From an uncultured Pseudobdellovibrionaceae bacterium (GTDB lineage: Bacteria; Bdellovibrionota; Bdellovibrionia; Bdellovibrionales; Bdellovibrionaceae), in the NCBI GenBank assembly GCA_964388665.1, contig CAYMBJ010000050.1:4454-28453 (forward strand): DNA of 24,000 bases, given 5' to 3'. Under the pieces are notes generated by a model. It saw only the letters and a list, made by a program, of their open reading frames with translations, was not told the DNA's origin and did no database searches. Both the position numbers and the translations under genes were made by a program. Position 1 is the first letter of the stretch, and every line of letters begins with the position of its first letter. Below are positions 18,337 through 24,000 of this stretch, piece after piece.

Positions 18337-18354
18337 GCTCCTGAAATAAAACAC

Positions 18355-18531
18355 GAATTGCGATTTGACTGAACAAAAAAAGCGCCCATCACGAAAAAAG
18401 TATTATGTATCGCTACCTAGCTCAATTATGCGTCAGTTTCGATATCAATTGGGTATCAAAGCGCCATCGCCACTCGGCTGGACCTAAATAGGACCTCAAA
18501 TGGTGCCCAGTTCCTGCCGATAAGAACTCTG
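18355..18531. promoter_or_regulatory. divergent intergenic region: pur operon promoter/leader (-) and OMP gene promoter (+)
   Basis: 177-nt gap between divergent genes. It contains two similar direct-repeat boxes, AAAGCGCCCATCAC (18379-18392) and AAAGCGCCATCGCCAC (18458-18473). No exact -35/-10 pair could be placed with confidence. Confidence 0.35.
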
Positions 18532-19311
18532 ATGAAAAATTGCACCCTTGTTTCACGATTGATGATTGAGGTTTTGCGAGGCTCTGCCAAGGCGCTTGTG
18601 GCATCTCTGCTTTGCTTTTCGCTATGTCTGTTCATTCCCAAAGTGTCTTTGGCGCAAATGGACCCGGACGAGGCCTATGACCCCTTTGCTGACTATAGCG
18701 AATTTGACGAAGCTTCCGACGAAGAGGCCGACATCTACTTTTTTAAGAATGGCCGCTTTTTAACGGCTGGCTTTGTCATTGGTCCACGCATTTTCACCGA
18801 AAACATGACCTCCATATACGGCTCGGGCGCCACCTACGGACTTTACTTGAGTTACTTTTTTGATTTGCGCTCAGCTCTTATGTTTGGTTTTCTCACTGGC
18901 GATCACTCTGTGGATTTGCGCACCCTTCCTTCTGGTTCCTATGCCGGCAATGTTTCACTCACGGCACTCAACTTGGATTATAAGCACTACTTCAACACCC
19001 AAAACATCACCCGGGGGCTTGCCGACCTGAATCCGTATTTGTTGTTGGGCTTTTCACAGTGGTCGCGGGCTTACACCCTAGATGGCATTGACAACGGTAC
19101 AGACACAGACTCCACCGTGGGTGTGGATTTTGGCGCCGGCCTCGAGATTCCGATGATGCGCAAAAAAGGCTATCTGGGCATCCAAGCGGTCTATCATTTG
19201 GTGAATTTCAACGACGAAAACAAGGGCTTTATCCTTACAGATCAAAAATTAGAAAAGACCATCAGTGGTGACATCATAGATTTGGTATTTATTCTCGGTC
19301 TGAATTTCTAG
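18532..19311 (+). CDS. outer-membrane beta-barrel protein (OMP_b-brl/OmpA-barrel-like) with an acidic N-terminal segment
   Basis: Signal peptide (...AKALVASLLCFSLCLFIPKVSLAQ), an acidic stretch DEAYDPFADYSEFDEASDEEAD, alternating-strand pattern, and C-terminal ...FILGLNF ending in Phe. An alternative start lies at 18562 (MIEVLRGSAK...). Confidence 0.75.
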   Translation: MKNCTLVSRLMIEVLRGSAKALVASLLCFSLCLFIPKVSLAQMDPDEAYDPFADYSEFDEASDEEADIYFFKNGRFLTAGFVIGPRIFTENMTSIYGSGATYGLYLSYFFDLRSALMFGFLTGDHSVDLRTLPSGSYAGNVSLTALNLDYKHYFNTQNITRGLADLNPYLLLGFSQWSRAYTLDGIDNGTDTDSTVGVDFGAGLEIPMMRKKGYLGIQAVYHLVNFNDENKGFILTDQKLEKTISGDIIDLVFILGLNF

Positions 19312-19431
19312 AAACTTATAGACGCTCACAATCACGATGCTGTCGATGCGTGGCTCAACGCCTTAAGATTCATAGCTCTTGGATTTCGCCCCAGGTAGAG
19401 GGGAAACCCGTACAAGCGAAACAAAGTTCTC

Positions 19432-20826
19432 TTAAAAAACAAATCCAGCTTTGAACATAGTACTTTTCACTTCCAGATAAGAGTTATCAGTAACTTCTAT
19501 ATCATCCGATTCAACAACATCTTTTTGAATTGAGTGGCGGGTGATGTAGTGAGCAAGTTCCAAATTGAATTTCTGTTTAATGGTCACTCCCGCACCAAGC
19601 TGCAGACCAACTCCGGCACCAATCACCTTTTGTGATTGGTCAAGGTACTGAATATTGGGTCCACTCAAAAAATAGACTGCGTTCTGATTGCCAACATCCA
19701 GAGAAAAAGTTCCATTGCCCTCGCCTCTAAATAAAGTGTAGTCGGAAGTGTCTTTGTCGCGATTCGATTCCTTTGCGATGCTAAGGCCAGCTTGCCAGCC
19801 AAAGCCCTGCATGGGTACTCTTTCATACTGAGCATTGAGTGCTGTGTATTCCGGCGACCTATCTGATGAGCCCTTAATGGTTTGCAAGTTGCCAGTTGAC
19901 TTCCACTTCACGGTGACACTTAAATCCGTCTCTGCTTTGAAAAAACCGAGACCGATCGAAACACCTTTTTTTGCAAATGCACGAACGACATTGCGCGAGC
20001 TAGAAGATGAACTCCCGCCATCTTGAGCGGCATTTTGGAAATCAATACTTTTGATTCTTGCTTCCAATAGGTGCAGTAGATCCTCTCTTGTCATCTTTTT
20101 ATTTGCTGGCCATCTTTTGCCTTCACGCATTTTTGCTTCAAGATAGGCCAATTTGACCGGAATATTTTGGCCCAGATACCAGAGGAGATCATAAAAATCC
20201 CGCCCCTTAATTCGCTGCTTCCATTTGCGAAACAAGATTATATGCATTTTGCCGCTAAACAGATAAGAGGGTTTTAAAACTCTTATGGATGCTGTGATTG
20301 GTGGAAATAAAACTTTAACTTCTGTTTCAAATCCAAGCGGCGGCGTTATATCGACTTCAAATTTAATGCTCAGCTCTTTATTGTTTTGAATCTTTTCTGC
20401 AAACTTTTGTCCTGCCTCAATTCGCAAAAAATGCATTTTTGTATTTGCCTTTAGGAATGCGGATTCAACGTTAGTGGACTTGATTTTGTCGACCTCTTCG
20501 ATATCAACTTCGAGCCCAAATGATTCCAATGTGTTGGCAACGGCGCTAAAATATGTTTTCAAAGAGAAATCAGACTGTTTCGCCAGGAGTGTAAAGTCCA
20601 AATCTTCTGAAAATCTAGGGAGTCCATAGAAAATTCTTAAAGCCGTGCCGCCATAAAAGGCGGCTTTATCAAAAAACTTTCCGCGGGCTAGCCCCGCTAA
20701 CGTGATTTCTTGGATAATCTCTTTGAGTGCATTTTCGATTTCCAGAGGAGTCTTTGGTTGATATTTCGCGAGCAAGGAATCTATGGCTCCACTCAAGTTG
20801 ATTCTTCCTTTCGGTTGATGATCCAT
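19432..20826 (-). CDS. AbiEii-like nucleotidyltransferase toxin (type IV TA/abortive infection) fused to a C-terminal OMP-like beta-barrel domain
   Basis: Residues 1-269: FYGGTALRIFYGLPRFSEDLDFTL (NTase G[GS]...DxD motif) and KGRDFYDLLW, typical of AbiEii/DUF1814. Residues 270-277: GGSSSSSS linker (nt 19996-20019). Residues 278-464: amphipathic beta-strand periodicity ending in MFKAGFVF. Its start overlaps the AbiEi-like gene by 34 nt. Confidence 0.8.
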   Translation of the reverse strand: MDHQPKGRINLSGAIDSLLAKYQPKTPLEIENALKEIIQEITLAGLARGKFFDKAAFYGGTALRIFYGLPRFSEDLDFTLLAKQSDFSLKTYFSAVANTLESFGLEVDIEEVDKIKSTNVESAFLKANTKMHFLRIEAGQKFAEKIQNNKELSIKFEVDITPPLGFETEVKVLFPPITASIRVLKPSYLFSGKMHIILFRKWKQRIKGRDFYDLLWYLGQNIPVKLAYLEAKMREGKRWPANKKMTREDLLHLLEARIKSIDFQNAAQDGGSSSSSSRNVVRAFAKKGVSIGLGFFKAETDLSVTVKWKSTGNLQTIKGSSDRSPEYTALNAQYERVPMQGFGWQAGLSIAKESNRDKDTSDYTLFRGEGNGTFSLDVGNQNAVYFLSGPNIQYLDQSQKVIGAGVGLQLGAGVTIKQKFNLELAHYITRHSIQKDVVESDDIEVTDNSYLEVKSTMFKAGFVF

Positions 20827-21467
20827 TTAAGTATGCGATGTTCTTTTGAGTTCCGGTGATAGGAGGGACGAATCTCTTCTAAGTCTTTTACACTAATCAG
20901 ATCAAAAAATTGCGTCATCTCAAGACGGAGATCGTCTTCTAAAAACTCATGAATGTCCTTTTCGCTCTTGATGACCAAACTCTTGGTTTTGAGATTGATA
21001 TAATCAAGGAGCGCTTTTTCGGGTCTGGCGATAAAAAAACTGTCTCCGGCCTCATTGGTGCGAGAGAGGTACCCAATGGGATACCTGTTTTTGTTGATGT
21101 GACTGTATGAAAATGGCGCAAGCGGAGTTGTGAAAGTTTTCGAGCGCAATGTTGTCACAGAGGTCACTGTGGTGACTCGATCCATGATGAGTCCGTAATA
21201 TTGAAGAGCCCACTCCATCGAGACATAAGAGGGAAAATACAATGAGTTTGCAATCACATCATAGGGAGTGCTTTTCAGAAAGCTAGATTTTAGATTGAAG
21301 TATTGACCTCTCTTGATTGGCTGCAAATAGCCCTTGGCCTTAAGATCAAATATCTTTTTCTTTGGACTCTTGTAAGCGGATTGAGTCACATTGAAACCGC
21401 CACTGAGAAAGATGGCAACCAAAGGCTTCTTTCTTACTCTACATAATTGTAAATGGAAATCTTGCAA
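20793..21467 (-). CDS. AbiEi-like antitoxin/transcriptional regulator (type IV TA system)
   Basis: 224 aa. N-terminal wHTH-like ...DLKAKGYLQPIKRGQYF followed by PSYVSMEWALQYYGLI, the characteristic AbiEi pattern. It lies directly upstream of, and overlaps, the AbiEii-like gene. Confidence 0.75.
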   Translation of the reverse strand: MQDFHLQLCRVRKKPLVAIFLSGGFNVTQSAYKSPKKKIFDLKAKGYLQPIKRGQYFNLKSSFLKSTPYDVIANSLYFPSYVSMEWALQYYGLIMDRVTTVTSVTTLRSKTFTTPLAPFSYSHINKNRYPIGYLSRTNEAGDSFFIARPEKALLDYINLKTKSLVIKSEKDIHEFLEDDLRLEMTQFFDLISVKDLEEIRPSYHRNSKEHRILKWIINRKEEST

Positions 21468-23326
21468 CGACAGACACGAGCGAAGGATGCTATCTCTTCA
21501 CTACTTACAGGCGCCTTTCTCAGGCGCAAAGTCGCCCTCCCATCTCCATATTTGTCAGCAAAAGTCTCGCCGAGCCTTTCGCATGCACTGCAAATTGGCA
21601 TCAGATCAGACAAATCAAATCGACTCATGGGATTTCCCCGCAGATCAAGATCAAATTTCTTCCGGGAAACAATTTTTTCTGCCACTTCAGAGCTCAAATA
21701 GGGAATCTCTTCAATCAGATTGTCAGTCACATTCACTTTTTCACTTCCTATAAAGGCCAACTCCGCAAACTCTTCTGCGGAAAGCTCGGATATTCTGTTA
21801 TTGGCGAGATTCACAAAAAGCTCTTGCAAACGTACTGCCACCAAGTCCTGAATGCTCAATCGAGAGATCTGATTTTGGTCCAAATACAGATGCTTTAGAT
21901 TCGGCGCCAAAGCCAAACTGGGAAACTCCGAAATCTGATTTTGCCCAAGATCCAACAAAGACAATGAATTGAGCAGAGAAGGACTTAGTGCGCCGTGAAT
22001 CTGGTTGTTTCTTAAACCGATTGCTTCCAAATTAGGAGTCTTGTCAAAAAACTCTGGAAAGATATCGAGTCTATTCTCATTTGCCACAAACAGTCTCAAA
22101 AACTCCAAGACCTTACTCCCAGTGAATTTGATTTCTGTCAGGGCATTCCCAGCCACATCAAAAGCGCGAAGGTTGGGAGTTTGGTCAAACAGATCTCCCT
22201 GAAGACTCGCAATTCGATTGAAGGAAAAATCCAAATATTCCAGGCGCAGGAGCCCATAAAGGCTGTCTTTAAAAATATGATCAATGCGATTTCCAGAAAA
22301 GGTCATGACTGTGCGAGACTCAAAGGCCGTAAGATCCCCAGGGAGAAGCGTCGTAAGTCCAGCATTGACAAATGGACCTTCAATTTGACGGGCAGACTCA
22401 AGGTAGTGCTCAAGATAAAACCTCTCTATATCCTTCCAACTTGACGAAAAAAAGCCACTAAGAATGCTGCCCCTGGTCTCAAGTCTCCCGCCCTGCATGC
22501 CGGCCGCAAGATCACCCTCTGTCAGCAATTCACAGGGGGCCTTTAGCGCCAATACAATGGACTCTTGAATTCCAGGAGTTCGCTGACAGACAGGTACGAA
22601 CTTTCGCGGATGCAAACTGAGTCCCAAATTCTTGAGTGAGTTCTGAAAATCCACCTTGGATAGGGTCTCTGCTTGTGCCGAATGGAGAAAGCGATTGATC
22701 CGTCGCAAGGCCTCGGGGTCTTCGACAAAATCCCAAAGCCATTCATGGACAATCAAAAATGAGTATTGCAATGGCCTATAACGCAGTTGCCTCAACACTT
22801 CAGGATCGTAATTGTAGATGGTCGCGGACTCATTTTTTTGGCGAATGACCGCCTGAAGGACCTCAAGATGATTCTTTTCAGCTCCCTTTTTGTAACAATT
22901 GGGCGGCAGTTTTCGAATGGCCTGCTCATCTTCGAGGTCTACGAGCCCATAAATGGCCTCAAGCCAAAGGCGTTCCTGCAAATAAATCTGCTCAGGTGGA
23001 ACTGCATCTTCTCCTGGAATTCTGGCCAAAAAGTCCCTAAAAAAGCGCTCAAGATCAGGATATTTTTGCTCAAAGAGCCCCAAAAGACGCTCCCTTTGGT
23101 CCCCCCAGGTGGCCAACTCTTGAAGATCTGAGTTATCTTCTCGAAGGGTCATTAGGTAATCAAAGGAGTAGTACCCCGCATAGCTAGAATTGTCCGAGAC
23201 TTCGCAGCGCACGGCATCTCCACCATTCCCAACGGTGACTCCCGCAATTGCTGACTTACAGTGCAGCACAGACAAAAATAGCAGCGTCCAAATTTTAAAA
23301 ATCCCAATCTGATTCGATATTTTCAT
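21434..23326 (-). CDS. secreted leucine-rich-repeat protein with an unassigned N-terminal domain and a Cys-containing C-terminal tail
   Basis: Signal peptide MKISNQIGIFKIWTLLFLSVLHCKSAIAG from the ATG at 23326; the ORF-track start at 23404 adds 26 non-signal residues. There are about 9-10 LRRs (LxxLxLxxNxI type: LEYLDFSFNRIASL, LRAFDVAGNALTEI, LEAIGLRNNQIHG, LSLLDLGQNQISEF, LKHLYLDQNQISRL, LFVNLANNRISEL ...) at nt ~21620-22372. The stop overlaps the AbiEi-like start by 34 nt. Confidence 0.8.
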   Translation of the reverse strand: MKISNQIGIFKIWTLLFLSVLHCKSAIAGVTVGNGGDAVRCEVSDNSSYAGYYSFDYLMTLREDNSDLQELATWGDQRERLLGLFEQKYPDLERFFRDFLARIPGEDAVPPEQIYLQERLWLEAIYGLVDLEDEQAIRKLPPNCYKKGAEKNHLEVLQAVIRQKNESATIYNYDPEVLRQLRYRPLQYSFLIVHEWLWDFVEDPEALRRINRFLHSAQAETLSKVDFQNSLKNLGLSLHPRKFVPVCQRTPGIQESIVLALKAPCELLTEGDLAAGMQGGRLETRGSILSGFFSSSWKDIERFYLEHYLESARQIEGPFVNAGLTTLLPGDLTAFESRTVMTFSGNRIDHIFKDSLYGLLRLEYLDFSFNRIASLQGDLFDQTPNLRAFDVAGNALTEIKFTGSKVLEFLRLFVANENRLDIFPEFFDKTPNLEAIGLRNNQIHGALSPSLLNSLSLLDLGQNQISEFPSLALAPNLKHLYLDQNQISRLSIQDLVAVRLQELFVNLANNRISELSAEEFAELAFIGSEKVNVTDNLIEEIPYLSSEVAEKIVSRKKFDLDLRGNPMSRFDLSDLMPICSACERLGETFADKYGDGRATLRLRKAPVSSEEIASFARVCRCKISIYNYVE

Positions 23327-23463
23327 GATTTTAACAGAAACCCTTTTCTCCCATGCAAGACGACATGGAGAGCATCGAATAGGCTCCCGCTGCGGCTCTG
23401 TCAAGTTGGCAGATTTTCGTGATTATTTTCTGTTTTCTATGAGCGAACAGAGATAGATCCTGA

Positions 23464-24000
23464 TTAGCCTGCCCTTTGGTTTTCGCTCTTGCGGGAGGCG
23501 GCGATGTCATCAAGATGCTCTTTGAAGCTTGGATAGGCGCGCGTCACCTGCTCAAATTTCTTTTTTGGCAGGCGGTACAAATCACAGTATGTAATGGCAA
23601 CTGCCGTCGCGTTTCGATCTTGGTCAGTGATCAGAGCCATCTCGCCAAAAAAAGACCCTTCGCCGAGAGTGACAATGGTTTGTCCGTCACGCGCAACAAT
23701 TGCAACCTCGCCGCTGTGGACAAAGTACATGGCATCGCCCTGATCATCGATGCGAAAGATCTTTTCTGTGGGTACAAAGATCTTCGGCTCAAGTTCATGC
23801 ATAATGTCTTCGAGCAATTCCTCACTGGCACCACAAAGCAGAGGTACTTTTTGGATGATCTTTCTGTTTAAAAAGAGAAAAATTTCAGACTGCATTTTGT
23901 TGGGCAGCTCGCGAATGATCGTGCGCTGATTGTAGCCTTTTGAATTTGTGTCCGATTTCACCGATCTGACCACCCCGGTTTCACCACATTTGACCACCCA
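23464..24000 (-). CDS. cyclic-nucleotide-binding domain protein, C-terminal part (probably a cNMP-gated channel); partial at the window edge
   Basis: CNBD hallmarks: GEGSFFGEMALITDQDRNATAVA and a preceding C-linker-like LPNKMQSEIFLFLNRKIIQKVPLL. The frame stays open to nt 24000. The GTG at 23997 is only the first start-like codon in view, so the N-terminus lies outside the window. Confidence 0.8.
   Translation of the reverse strand, partial: WVVKCGETGVVRSVKSDTNSKGYNQRTIIRELPNKMQSEIFLFLNRKIIQKVPLLCGASEELLEDIMHELEPKIFVPTEKIFRIDDQGDAMYFVHSGEVAIVARDGQTIVTLGEGSFFGEMALITDQDRNATAVAITYCDLYRLPKKKFEQVTRAYPSFKEHLDDIAASRKSENQRAG

Noticed and set aside
18355-18531. Possible ZTP (pfl) or purine riboswitch, or an attenuator, in the leader of the pur operon (read on the minus strand).
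   Set aside because: I read the reverse complement and did not find the ZTP consensus (GGGUCGUGACUGGCG ... CCGCCUGGGCA) or the purine-riboswitch junction sequences. Only a CUGGGCA-like fragment is present. The GCGCUUUUUUUG run has no convincing upstream stem. A covariance-model scan (Rfam) would be decisive.
19312-19431. The convergent intergenic gap, searched for a bidirectional terminator, a tRNA fragment or att-like repeats marking an island boundary.
   Set aside because: Only 4-bp stems (GCGT/ACGC, CCCC/GGGG) and a short CGATGC direct repeat are present. There is nothing tRNA-like. No integrase or transposase occurs anywhere in the window to support a defined mobile element.
22733-22747. 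HEWLW in the LRR protein N-terminal domain as a possible zincin HExxH metalloprotease motif.
   Set aside because: The second His is absent (H-E-W-L-W) and no downstream third-ligand motif is evident.
23258-23275. LSVLHC in the LRR protein signal region as a possible lipobox.
   Set aside because: His at position -1 does not fit the [LVI][ASTVI][GAS]C lipobox. Cleavage after AIAG by signal peptidase I is more plausible.
1-24000. CRISPR arrays, rRNA/tRNA genes, IS elements and long tandem or inverted repeats.
   Set aside because: Reading both strands, I saw no regularly spaced repeats, no cloverleaf-like or rRNA-like segments, and no transposase or integrase ORFs. Nearly all sequence is accounted for by protein-coding genes.

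Overview
Almost fully coding window from a moderate-GC diderm (Gram-negative-type) bacterium; the taxon cannot be determined from sequence alone. Left to right: (1) a minus-strand peptidoglycan-recycling cluster (ldcA, an AmpH-like serine hydrolase, mpl), followed by a STAS/SEC14-like protein and a hypothetical protein. (2) Diverging from it, two tandem plus-strand paralogs (485 and 499 aa) with signal peptides and conserved cysteines. By eye their motif order resembles a PI3/4-kinase-like (type II PI4K-like) fold, and the catalytic-loop-like motif is intact in only one copy. (3) A nine-gene, tightly overlapping minus-strand de novo purine operon, purM-purN-X-purB-purC-purS-purQ-purL-purF, where X is an uncharacterised 446-aa ORF. 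(4) A small outer-membrane beta-barrel gene. (5) A lower-GC three-gene minus-strand operon whose ORFs overlap by 34 nt each: a secreted leucine-rich-repeat protein, an AbiEi-like antitoxin, and an AbiEii-like nucleotidyltransferase toxin fused in frame through a GGSSSSSS linker to an OMP-like beta-barrel domain. This is my best candidate for an undescribed system. (6) The C-terminal part of a cyclic-nucleotide-binding (channel-like) protein running off the window edge. I saw no rRNA, tRNA, CRISPR array, transposase or integrase. All family calls rest on motif recognition by eye and were not checked against any database.
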